Below, piece by piece: positions 30,772 through 38,510 of a stretch of 41,088 nucleotides of DNA. The position numbers and the translations under genes are program-made. The notes beneath the pieces are model-generated. The model searched no databases and was not told where the DNA came from. It saw nothing but the letters and a program-made list of their open reading frames with translations. Every line of letters begins with the position of its first letter. Position 1 is the stretch's first letter. The stretch lies in the NCBI GenBank assembly GCA_964465415.1, contig CAYXJH010000002.1:1-41088 (forward strand). Direction: 5' to 3'. This DNA is from an uncultured Gemmatimonadaceae bacterium (GTDB taxonomy: Bacteria; Gemmatimonadota; Gemmatimonadetes; Longimicrobiales; RSA9).

Positions 30772-31769
30772 TGGCGGCGGAACGTGGGACACTGGGACCG
30801 CTGGATGAGGAGGGCATCCTGGAGCGTGCCCGGGCCGTCGTGCGGGCGGAGGCCCGCGCCGTGGCCAGCCTGGAGGAGCGGATCGACACCGAGTTCGCGT
30901 CGGCGGTCCGCACCATCGGGGACGCCGCGGGCCGCGTGATCGTCAGCGGGGTGGGGAAAAGCGGCATCATCGGACGGAAGATCGCTGCGACGCTCACGTC
31001 CACGGGAACACCGGCCATCTATCTTCACCCCGTCGAGAGCTTGCACGGTGATCTGGGGATCGTCGGCCGCGATGATGTGGCGATCCTCATCTCGAAGAGC
31101 GGAGAATCCGGAGAGCTTGCCGGGCTGGTGGAATATTTCAGCCGCACCGGTGTATCCATGATCGCGATGACGGGTCGGCCCGGCTCGGCGTTGGGTCGCG
31201 TGGCTACGGTCATTCTGGACTGTTCGGTGGAGGAGGAAGCCTGTCCCCTGGACCTGGCGCCCACCACATCCACAACCGTGACTCTGGCCATGGGAGACGC
31301 GCTGGCCGTCGCCCTGTTGCTGCGGAAGAACTTCGACGCCGAAGACTTCGCCCGGCTGCATCCGGGGGGATCCCTTGGGCGAAAGCTCTCGCTCCGGGTC
31401 GACGCCGTGATGGTGACAGGGGAGGAGGTGCCCAGCATCAGGCCGGACGAGCCCATGCGCCGTTGTGTGGTCCTGCTGGCCGAGAAGCGCGGGACGGTGC
31501 CCGTCATCGACCACGACGGGCGAGTGATCGGCGTGGTCACGGCCGGGGATCTGACGCGTCTCATGGAGCAGCACGAGAACGCGCTCGACATGGCGGTCCG
31601 GGAGGTCATGAACCGGTCCCCCAAGGTGACCTCGCCGGAGGTGCTGGCGTCCGCCGCAGTGCATCGGATGGAGAAGCACGGGATCATGGCGCTGCCCGTA
31701 GTGGACGGCGAGCAGCGGTTGAAGGGGATCGTACACCTGCACGATCTCATGAGGGCAGGCGCCGCCTGA
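30771..31769 (+). CDS. kdsD: Arabinose-5-phosphate isomerase (SIS + tandem CBS)
   Basis: The ATG at 30771 overlaps the kdsC TGA by one nt. The SIS motif is VIVSGVGKSGIIGRKIAATLTSTGTPA. HPGGSLGRKL follows, then two CBS repeats at the C-terminus. Confidence 0.9.
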   Translation: MAAERGTLGPLDEEGILERARAVVRAEARAVASLEERIDTEFASAVRTIGDAAGRVIVSGVGKSGIIGRKIAATLTSTGTPAIYLHPVESLHGDLGIVGRDDVAILISKSGESGELAGLVEYFSRTGVSMIAMTGRPGSALGRVATVILDCSVEEEACPLDLAPTTSTTVTLAMGDALAVALLLRKNFDAEDFARLHPGGSLGRKLSLRVDAVMVTGEEVPSIRPDEPMRRCVVLLAEKRGTVPVIDHDGRVIGVVTAGDLTRLMEQHENALDMAVREVMNRSPKVTSPEVLASAAVHRMEKHGIMALPVVDGEQRLKGIVHLHDLMRAGAA

Positions 31770-31793
31770 GGCGCGTATCGGAGCGAGCGGAGC

Positions 31794-32375
31794 ATGGGGA
31801 AGCTGATGAACGGATGCCGAATCGAGCGGCGCCGGTCGGGTGCGGCTGGGGTTATGGGGTTCCTGGCCGCTGCCCTGCTCGCGCTCGCGTGCGGCGACGG
31901 GTCCGAGGGGGTGGCGGGGCACGGATTCCGAGCGCTACCGGCGGACCAGGTCGTGTTCGACCTGGATACCGACATCAAGGAGCTCGGGGTCCTGCGCGCG
32001 CGGCTGCACGCCGATACCGCGCACATCTGGGAGGACTCGGCCACCACGTTGATGTTCCCGCTGGACCTCAAGCTCTATGACGAGAATGGTGCCGAGACGG
32101 CTCACCTGACCGCTCGCGAGGGCGAGCTGGATTCGCGCACGAATCGCATGGTCGCCCGCGGGGACGTGGTCCTGGTGTCGGATGGCGGCAACCGCAGGAT
32201 CTATACGGAGGAGCTGCACTACGATCCAGCCATCGCCCGTGTATGGAGTGATGTGCATACCATCTTCTACGACGGCGACTCCCGGATGGAGGGGCAGGGG
32301 TTTCGGGCGGATGATGGCATGAACGATGTGGAGGTCTTCCAGAGCACGGGCGACAACATCCCGGTCGGCTTCTGA
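31794..32375 (+). CDS. lptC: LptC-like LPS export protein, probable lipoprotein
   Basis: It sits between kdsD and lptA/lptB, which is the canonical lptC slot. Its size is about 190 aa. The beta-jellyroll-like repeat pattern (..ARLHADTAHIWEDS..; ..LTAREGELDSRTNRMVARGDVVLV..; ..YTEELHYDP..) resembles LptC. The N-terminus has a positive stretch followed by GFLAAALLALAC, a relaxed lipobox. Alternative starts are ATG 31806 and 31854. Confidence 0.6.
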   Translation: MGKLMNGCRIERRRSGAAGVMGFLAAALLALACGDGSEGVAGHGFRALPADQVVFDLDTDIKELGVLRARLHADTAHIWEDSATTLMFPLDLKLYDENGAETAHLTAREGELDSRTNRMVARGDVVLVSDGGNRRIYTEELHYDPAIARVWSDVHTIFYDGDSRMEGQGFRADDGMNDVEVFQSTGDNIPVGF

Positions 32376-32376
32376 C

Positions 32377-33858
32377 ATGTCGAAGTGCTGGGTCTGCGCG
32401 TTCCAGGCCGTTCTGGTCCTGGCCTTGGCTCCCGTGGCCGCGGAGGCCCAGCAGCAGCGCTGCCAGCAGGTGCTGCCCTCGGACTTCCGTCGGATCGTGG
32501 GCGAGGCGGGGCACGAAATCCTCTATTTCCGCGACCCCGTGCGGATGTTGTGCACCGGCGGTGTGCAGATCGAAGCGGACAGCGCGGTGATGAATCGGGC
32601 GACCAACACGCTGGAGATGGTGGGTCGCGTATTGTACCGTGACAACGACCAGCAGCTGACCGCCGATTGGGCCCGATACATGGGTCAAACCGACGAGCTG
32701 TTCGCCCGGGGCCAGGTCGTGCTGACCGATCTCGCGGACGGCTCCGTGGTCACCGGCGACGACTTCGAGTACAGACGCGAGACGGAGCAGCAACCGGAGT
32801 CGCGCATGATCATGCGGGGTGAACGCCCCCATGCCGTCCTTCGGCCCGCCCGGGACGGCGAATCCGGGGAGGAAGGTGTGCCGGTACTCGTCTGGTCGCG
32901 GCGGATGGAAGCCTTCGGCGAGCGTCTGTTCCTGGCCGAGACGGATGTGGAGCTGGAGCGAGGCGACCTGCGAGGCGCCGCCAACGCCATCCGCTTCGAT
33001 CAGCTCTCCGATCGGATCATCCTGACGGGCGCGGCCCACGTGGAGACGGAGGAGTACCGGCTCGAGGGCGAGCGGATCGACGCGTTGCTCGTGGGCGACA
33101 CCTTACGGGACGTCCTGTCCGAGCAGCGCGCCCGCCTGGTGGCGGAGGACCTCACCGTCCGCGGCCAGAACATCAGGATCGGCTTCGTGGATGGCCAACC
33201 CGACCGCGTCGAGGCATGGGACCCTGCGTTGCGAAGGGTCACGGGCGATGATGAGGACGGGGAGGTAACGCCGCCCGCCGGCGCCCAGCGGGCCATCGCC
33301 CTCTCCCGGGATTTCCAGATCCGGGCCGATTCCATCGACGCCCGTTCCGAAGCGGGGCGGATCCGGGAGGTCCGGGCCATCGGCCGGGCGTATGGCGAGA
33401 GGGAGGCGGATAGCCTCTCGGTGAACCTCCCTGACGCGCTGGCAAGGGACTGGATCCAGGGAGACACCATCGTCGGCTATTTCCTGCACCCCGAGGCGGA
33501 GACCGTGGTGCCCATAGACCTCGCGGACGGCGACGTTCCGCCTCGAACGAACGGATCGGAGGCCGTTGCCGTGGCCTCCGGGAGCCGCGCATCCGAGGAC
33601 GCCGTGCTGGACCGGATCGAGGTCGTAGGCGGGACATCGGATGCGCTCTCCCTGTATCGCACCGAGGCATCGGACGGGGGATCCGATCCGTCGCTCAACT
33701 TCATGCGCGCCAGGCGCATCACCCTCTTCATGACGGAGGGTGAGGTTACCCGGGTGGAAGCGGACGGCCCGATCGACGGCCTCTACCTCGACCCGACCGG
33801 CACACGTCCCGCTCCCGCTGAACCCCCCGCGCCGCCACCCGGCCGGACCGCGTCATGA
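32377..33858 (+). CDS. lptA: OstA/LptA-like periplasmic protein, unusually long (493 aa)
   Basis: The ATG at 32377 lies one nt after the lptC stop. It has a signal peptide ([19 protein letters not shown]). OstA-like strands are present (..[56 protein letters not shown]..). Further similar 'x-G-x-V-x-h' segments continue to the C-terminus. It occupies the canonical lptA slot upstream of lptB. Confidence 0.6.
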   Translation: MSKCWVCAFQAVLVLALAPVAAEAQQQRCQQVLPSDFRRIVGEAGHEILYFRDPVRMLCTGGVQIEADSAVMNRATNTLEMVGRVLYRDNDQQLTADWARYMGQTDELFARGQVVLTDLADGSVVTGDDFEYRRETEQQPESRMIMRGERPHAVLRPARDGESGEEGVPVLVWSRRMEAFGERLFLAETDVELERGDLRGAANAIRFDQLSDRIILTGAAHVETEEYRLEGERIDALLVGDTLRDVLSEQRARLVAEDLTVRGQNIRIGFVDGQPDRVEAWDPALRRVTGDDEDGEVTPPAGAQRAIALSRDFQIRADSIDARSEAGRIREVRAIGRAYGEREADSLSVNLPDALARDWIQGDTIVGYFLHPEAETVVPIDLADGDVPPRTNGSEAVAVASGSRASEDAVLDRIEVVGGTSDALSLYRTEASDGGSDPSLNFMRARRITLFMTEGEVTRVEADGPIDGLYLDPTGTRPAPAEPPAPPPGRTAS

Positions 33859-35075
33859 CCCCGGTGGACCGCTTGCGGGACCTCCTGGCGGGCGTCCCAC
33901 ACCACGATGCATCCACGGCGCTCGCACTGGTCGAGCTCGTGCGCCATGCCGACACGGACGGGACGGTCGGTCGGAGCGACTGGGTCACCGCCGTGCGGAC
34001 TGCCCACGTCCGCCACTTCCCCGGCCGGGCCGTAATCGGACCCTCGGCGGGTGACGAGGCCGAGTCCTCGGACCAGCTGGCCCGCTACCTTCGTGACCAC
34101 GTGCTCGTCCGGGCGTCCCAGGAGGGCCTGGCGATCGTCGAGCCATCACTCGAGGAATGGCAGGCGGTGCGTCTCGCGCCGGACGTCTGGAGCGCGATTG
34201 CGCCCCGGCGCGACGAGGTCCTGGCCGACCTGGACACGGCGGTACGGAACTTGTTGAGCGAAGAGGCCACGCCCACCGCAGGCGGCCGGCACGACCGCGG
34301 GCAGCGACGGCCTGGTGACAGCAGGCTCCGGTCGGATTCGCTCGTCAAGGCATATCGGAAGCGAAAGGTGGTCGACGAGGTGAGCGTCGAGGTCTCTCAG
34401 GGGGAGATCGTGGGGCTTCTCGGCCCCAACGGCGCGGGGAAGACTACCACGTTCTACATGGTCGTGGGCCTGATCCGCCCCGACAGCGGGCGGGTCTTCC
34501 TGGACGACGTGGAGCTGACGGAAACGCCGATGTACCGACGTGCCAGGATCGGGGTAGGGTATCTCGCGCAGGAGCCCTCGGTCTTCCGGAAGCTCACGGT
34601 CGAGGAGAACATCCTCGCCATTCTGGAGACCATGAACCTGTCGCGCGCGGAACGGCGGGAGCGCCTCGAGTTCTTGCTGGACGAGCTCGGCCTCAAGCCC
34701 CTCAGAAAGGCGCGGGCGTACTCGTTGTCGGGCGGAGAACGACGTCGGCTCGAGATCACGCGGGCGCTTGTGAGCGAGCCGAAGTTCATGTTGCTGGATG
34801 AGCCATTCGCCGGCGTGGACCCGATCGCGGTGCATGACATCCAGCAGATCGTGGCCGGCCTCCGCCATCGGGGGATCGGCGTGATCATCAGCGACCACAA
34901 CGTGGAACAGACGTTGGAGATCGTGGATCGGGCCTATATCATGTATGATGGCCGTGTTCGCGTCTCGGGGACGGTCGCCGAGCTGGTCTGGAACGATGAC
35001 GTCGCAGAGATCTACTTCGGCCCGACGCTGACCGGGCGCATGCGCGAACGATATCTGAAGCCTGAGACTGTATGA
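33855..35075 (+). CDS. lptB: LPS export ABC transporter ATP-binding protein LptB with an N-terminal extension of about 157 aa
   Basis: The ABC ATPase starts at about nt 34326: Walker [10 protein letters not shown] (~34422-34448), Q-loop GYLAQE, signature [11 protein letters not shown], Walker [14 protein letters not shown] and H-loop SDHN. The ATG at 33855 overlaps the lptA TGA (ATGA). Shorter in-frame starts exist (GTG 34101, GTG 34167, TTG 34251/34254), so the 5' boundary is uncertain. Confidence 0.88.
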   Translation: MTPVDRLRDLLAGVPHHDASTALALVELVRHADTDGTVGRSDWVTAVRTAHVRHFPGRAVIGPSAGDEAESSDQLARYLRDHVLVRASQEGLAIVEPSLEEWQAVRLAPDVWSAIAPRRDEVLADLDTAVRNLLSEEATPTAGGRHDRGQRRPGDSRLRSDSLVKAYRKRKVVDEVSVEVSQGEIVGLLGPNGAGKTTTFYMVVGLIRPDSGRVFLDDVELTETPMYRRARIGVGYLAQEPSVFRKLTVEENILAILETMNLSRAERRERLEFLLDELGLKPLRKARAYSLSGGERRRLEITRALVSEPKFMLLDEPFAGVDPIAVHDIQQIVAGLRHRGIGVIISDHNVEQTLEIVDRAYIMYDGRVRVSGTVAELVWNDDVAEIYFGPTLTGRMRERYLKPETV

Positions 35076-36523
35076 GCATAAGGACCGGCCTCTACCAGGG
35101 GACGCAACTCAAGCAGGAGATGAAGATCAATCCTCGCCTGTATCAGGCGATGGATCTCCTGTACATGCCGCTCCTGGATCTGCAGCAGCATATCAAGCAG
35201 GAAATGTTGAACAACCCGTTCCTCGATCTCGAGGAGCCGCTGGTCGACCCGGACGAAGAGGTGCCGGCCGCGGAGGAGAAGGAGAAAGCCGACGACGAGA
35301 TCGACTGGGAGGAGATCCTGCTGGATGGGTTCGACGCGGGTGGTCGCAAGCAGGAGTACGAACAGAAAGAGTACTACGAGCCGGTGCGGGTCGAGACACG
35401 GGATCTGGCGGACCACCTCCTCGATCAACTCAAGCTCATGCGATTGTCGCCGCGGGAGATCCTGCTGGGCGAGGAGATTATCGGCAACATCGATGATGAC
35501 GGCTTCCTGACGTGCAGTCTGGAAGAGGTGGTGGAAGGCCTGAACGAGTGGCTCAACGAGAACGGGGATGCCTGGGCGGAGGAAGGGGAGCCGTTGGATC
35601 CGTACACCATGGAGGAAGGCGAACGGATGCTGGAGCTGATCCAGCATTTCGACCCCTCCGGGATCGGGGCGCGTAACCTGCGCGAGTGCATCCTGTTACA
35701 GCTTCAGGACCTGGAGCTGAACGACTCGCGTACCCACACCATCGTACGCGACTACTTCGACCAGCTGATCAACCACCGGTGGTCGGAGATCTCCAAGGAG
35801 CTGAGCATCACGCCCGGTGAGGTCCAGGCGGCCGCGGACGAGATCGCCAAGCTCGACCCGAAGCCCGGCCTGAAGTACGCCGCGCCCGCGGACAACTACA
35901 TCACGCCCGACCTGATCGTCGAAAAGATCGATGGCACATACCATGTGTTCCTGAACGATACGAGCCTGCCGCGATTGAAGCTGTCGCGGACCTACCGTGA
36001 GATCGCGAGGGACAAGAACAAGTTCCAGGGCGAGAACAAGGAGTTCATCTCGAACAAGCTGAACAGCGCCAACTGGATGATCCAGGCGATCGAGCAGCGG
36101 CGTCAGACCATGCTGAAAGTGATGAACTTCATCGTGGACCGTCAGCGCGAGTTCTTCGAGCGTGGGGTCCAGTACCTGAAGCCATTGACGTTGCGGGAGG
36201 TGGCCGAGGTCATCGAGATGCACGAATCGACGGTGTCCCGGGTCACGAACGAGAAGTTCGTGCAGACCCCGCGTGGCGTGCTTCCCCTCAAGTTCTTCTT
36301 CTCCAGCGGACTCTCGACCAGCAGCGGCGAGGACGTAAGCGCCCGGGGGATCAAGGCGAAGATCGAATCGCTCGTCGAGGACGAGGATCCCAAGAAGCCG
36401 CTCACCGACCAGGCCATCGTGAACATCCTGAAGGAAGAGGGCGTAAAGATCGCCCGCCGGACGGTGGCCAAGTATCGGGACCAGCTGGGCATCCTGTCGG
36501 CCCGGATGCGCAAGCGCGTCTAG
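35072..36523 (+). CDS. rpoN: RNA polymerase sigma-54 factor
   Basis: The ATG at 35072 overlaps the lptB TGA (ATGA). Region I is [40 protein letters not shown]. An acidic region II follows. The DNA-binding part is [20 protein letters not shown] with the RpoN box ARRTVAKYR. Confidence 0.95.
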   Translation: MSIRTGLYQGTQLKQEMKINPRLYQAMDLLYMPLLDLQQHIKQEMLNNPFLDLEEPLVDPDEEVPAAEEKEKADDEIDWEEILLDGFDAGGRKQEYEQKEYYEPVRVETRDLADHLLDQLKLMRLSPREILLGEEIIGNIDDDGFLTCSLEEVVEGLNEWLNENGDAWAEEGEPLDPYTMEEGERMLELIQHFDPSGIGARNLRECILLQLQDLELNDSRTHTIVRDYFDQLINHRWSEISKELSITPGEVQAAADEIAKLDPKPGLKYAAPADNYITPDLIVEKIDGTYHVFLNDTSLPRLKLSRTYREIARDKNKFQGENKEFISNKLNSANWMIQAIEQRRQTMLKVMNFIVDRQREFFERGVQYLKPLTLREVAEVIEMHESTVSRVTNEKFVQTPRGVLPLKFFFSSGLSTSSGEDVSARGIKAKIESLVEDEDPKKPLTDQAIVNILKEEGVKIARRTVAKYRDQLGILSARMRKRV

Positions 36524-36542
36524 AGGGTCGACGCTTCGCCCT

Positions 36543-36563
36543 GCGGGTTCGGTAGCGGGTTCG
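36543..36563. repeat. Tandem direct repeat GCGGGTTCG-gta-GCGGGTTCG in the rpoN/GT2 intergenic region
   Basis: Exact 9-nt copies lie at 36543-36551 and 36555-36563, a 12-nt period. The second copy ends 27 nt upstream of the GT2 ATG (36590). Function is unknown. Confidence 0.6.
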
Positions 36564-36589
36564 CGCCTTTCGGTGCATACTCCTGACCC

Positions 36590-37597
36590 ATGAGCGATCC
36601 ACTCGTAGCCCGCGCGACCGAACGGGCGACGGCGCCGGAAGTGGTGCGCCGGCGTTTCGCCGTCATCGTCCCGGCGTTCAACGAGGTCGAGAACATCCCC
36701 GAGCTGGTCCGGGAGCTCCGCGCGACCTGGGACCGTCATGGGCTGGACGGCGAGGTGATCCTCGTCGACGATGGCTCGACGGACGGAACGGCCGAGCGGG
36801 CCGAGGCCATGGCGTGGGACCGGCTCAAGGTCGTCCGGCACCGGAGGAACTTCGGCAAGACGGAAGCGATGGTGACGGGGGCGGCGGCCACCGATGCCGA
36901 ATGGCTGGTCCTCTACGATGCCGACCTCCAGCACGACACGGAGGAAATCCCGCGTTACCTCGAGAAGCTCGCGGACGGTTGGGACATCGTGACGGGGCGG
37001 AAGGTGGGCAGCTACGAGAAGGCTGGCGTTTCGGCCACCTACAACCGCCTGAGCCGCGGCCTGTTCAGGGTGCCGGTGTCGGACCTGAATTCGATGAAGG
37101 CGTTCCGGCGGGGCGTCCTGGACGAGGTGCCTCTTCGCCACGACTGGCACCGGTTCTTCGTGGTGATCGCGTACGACCGCGGGTTCACCGTCACGGAGAT
37201 CGACATCACCCTCCACCCGCGACGGCATGGTGAGGCGAAGTATTCCGGCCGCAGCCGGATCGTGGTGGGGCTGCTGGACCTCATGGCGGTGGCGTTCTTC
37301 CTGTTCTTCTCACGCAAGCCGATGTTGTTCTTCGGGTTGAGCGGACTTCTGACCGCCAGCCTCGGAGTGCTCGTGGGCCTCCTCACCATCGTGCTGCGCC
37401 TCGCCCACGTCATGCCGCCGTTCGGATTCCGGCCGCTCCTCTACCTTGTGATCCTCCTCGAGACCGTTGGCTTCCTCCTGTTTGGATTCGGGCTCGTCGC
37501 CGAGATGATGGCCCAGCAACATACGGAGATCGACGCGCTGCGGCGCCGACTCAACCGGGTGGAGCCGAGCGATCGTTCACCACCCCCGCTGGGCTGA
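36590..37597 (+). CDS. GT2-family polyprenyl-phosphate glycosyltransferase (GtrB/CsbB/ArnC/DPM1-like) with two C-terminal TM helices
   Basis: It has AVIVPAFNEVENI, ILVDDGSTDGT, the DxD-type LYDADLQHD, and VTGRK ... NSMKAFRR. Two hydrophobic helices follow (VVGLLDLMAVAFFLFF; LLYLVILLETVGFLLFGFGLVA). This is the architecture of lipid-carrier-charging GT2 enzymes. Confidence 0.88.
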   Translation: MSDPLVARATERATAPEVVRRRFAVIVPAFNEVENIPELVRELRATWDRHGLDGEVILVDDGSTDGTAERAEAMAWDRLKVVRHRRNFGKTEAMVTGAAATDAEWLVLYDADLQHDTEEIPRYLEKLADGWDIVTGRKVGSYEKAGVSATYNRLSRGLFRVPVSDLNSMKAFRRGVLDEVPLRHDWHRFFVVIAYDRGFTVTEIDITLHPRRHGEAKYSGRSRIVVGLLDLMAVAFFLFFSRKPMLFFGLSGLLTASLGVLVGLLTIVLRLAHVMPPFGFRPLLYLVILLETVGFLLFGFGLVAEMMAQQHTEIDALRRRLNRVEPSDRSPPPLG

Positions 37598-38510
37598 CGG
37601 GGTCGACCCCGCGCGTAAGGGCCAGGACCACGGCCGCGCCCAACAGCTCCGCCGCCACCGTCCACAGCCTGGACAGGACCGCGACGAGGGCGGCCACGGC
37701 GACGGGGGCGAACGGGCGAAGGAGCAACGCCATTGCGCCTTCCCGGGCCCCGAGTCCTGCCGGGGCCAGGAACACCAGGTAGCCCACGAGGAACGACAGG
37801 GCGTTGACGCCGGCAAGGGGCAGCAGCGCGCTCGCGTCCACACGCACCAGGGAATGGACGAACAGGCCGAACGCGACGCCGTACGCCAACCACGTCAGGA
37901 CCGAGGCGCCCAGAAGCAACAGGCCGTCGACCCACCGGCCCTGCCATCGGAGGATATCCCTCCGCAGAACCCTCGACACGACCCCCAGGCCGCCATTCAG
38001 GACCGCCGGGTGCACCAGGACCACGGACAGCCCTGCCAGCGCGACGAGGCCCGCAGCGGACACCGTCTCCGGGACGCCGGTGGGGAGCAGAACGAGGACC
38101 GAGACCACCGCCGCCGACAGCAGGCTGAACCCGATGTGGACCACCATGGAGGTGACGATGAGCGTCCGTGGGAGCCCGGCCGAGCGGGCGAGCTCGGCGG
38201 CGCCCACGAATTGCCAGATCTTCCCGGGCACGTAGCGGACGAGGTTGGAGAGGAACCAGATCCGCAGGAGCGAGCGCACCGGGATGGCCGGGTGGTCGAA
38301 CCGGTCGAGCACCAGCTTCCAGACCATTACGCCCAGGGCCAGGACTCCGGCAAGCGCCAGGGTGCTGGCCGCGAGCCACGCCCACTGGAGCTGCCAGTCG
38401 AACGCCTCCAGCTCACGCCAGTGCCGCGAGATCGTGAGTCCGAGGAAGATCGCCGCGGTCACCACGAGCACCCCACCCAGGAGGGGCCGCCAGCGCGAGG
38501 CTCCGGTCAC
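37551..38510 (-). CDS. UPF0104 / LPG_synthase_TM-type 'flippase-like' integral membrane protein
   Basis: The polytopic protein has ..RIWFLSNLVRYVPGKIWQFVGAAELARSAGLP.. and ..FLVGYLVFLAPAGLGAREGAM.., typical of the MprF-flippase-domain/AglD2-like family. The start is set at GTG 38510, whose GTGA overlaps the stop of the upstream YfhO-like gene. The extra 86 codons of the track ORF (to 38768) lie inside that gene. Confidence 0.65.
   Translation of the reverse strand: MTGASRWRPLLGGVLVVTAAIFLGLTISRHWRELEAFDWQLQWAWLAASTLALAGVLALGVMVWKLVLDRFDHPAIPVRSLLRIWFLSNLVRYVPGKIWQFVGAAELARSAGLPRTLIVTSMVVHIGFSLLSAAVVSVLVLLPTGVPETVSAAGLVALAGLSVVLVHPAVLNGGLGVVSRVLRRDILRWQGRWVDGLLLLGASVLTWLAYGVAFGLFVHSLVRVDASALLPLAGVNALSFLVGYLVFLAPAGLGAREGAMALLLRPFAPVAVAALVAVLSRLWTVAAELLGAAVVLALTRGVDPVSPAGVVNDRSAPPG

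Noticed and set aside
33855-34325. The possibility that the region upstream of the LptB ATPase core is a separate small gene, or non-coding DNA, rather than part of lptB.
   Set aside because: This is not fully rejected, and it is kept as an alternative in the findings. No stop codon separates it from the ATPase core. It keeps a coding-like third-position G/C bias. The ATG at 33855 forms a typical ATGA junction with lptA, so a single extended ORF is the most parsimonious reading.
35072-36523. rpoN looks less GC-rich than its neighbours, with many AAG/GAA/ATC codons. This raised the possibility of horizontal acquisition.
   Set aside because: The gene is translationally coupled to lptB in the canonical conserved position. 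The lower GC is explained by its Lys/Glu/Asn/Ile-rich conserved protein sequence. No flanking repeats or mobility genes are present.
36550-36566. A GG-N10-GC arrangement (cGGtagcgggttcGCg) upstream of the GT2 gene, which could be a sigma-54 -24/-12 promoter right after rpoN.
   Set aside because: Apart from the GG and GC dinucleotides, it matches the TGGCACG-N4-TTGCW consensus at only about 2 further positions. In GC-rich DNA a GG-N10-GC occurs frequently by chance. The same bases are better described as part of the tandem 9-mer repeat.
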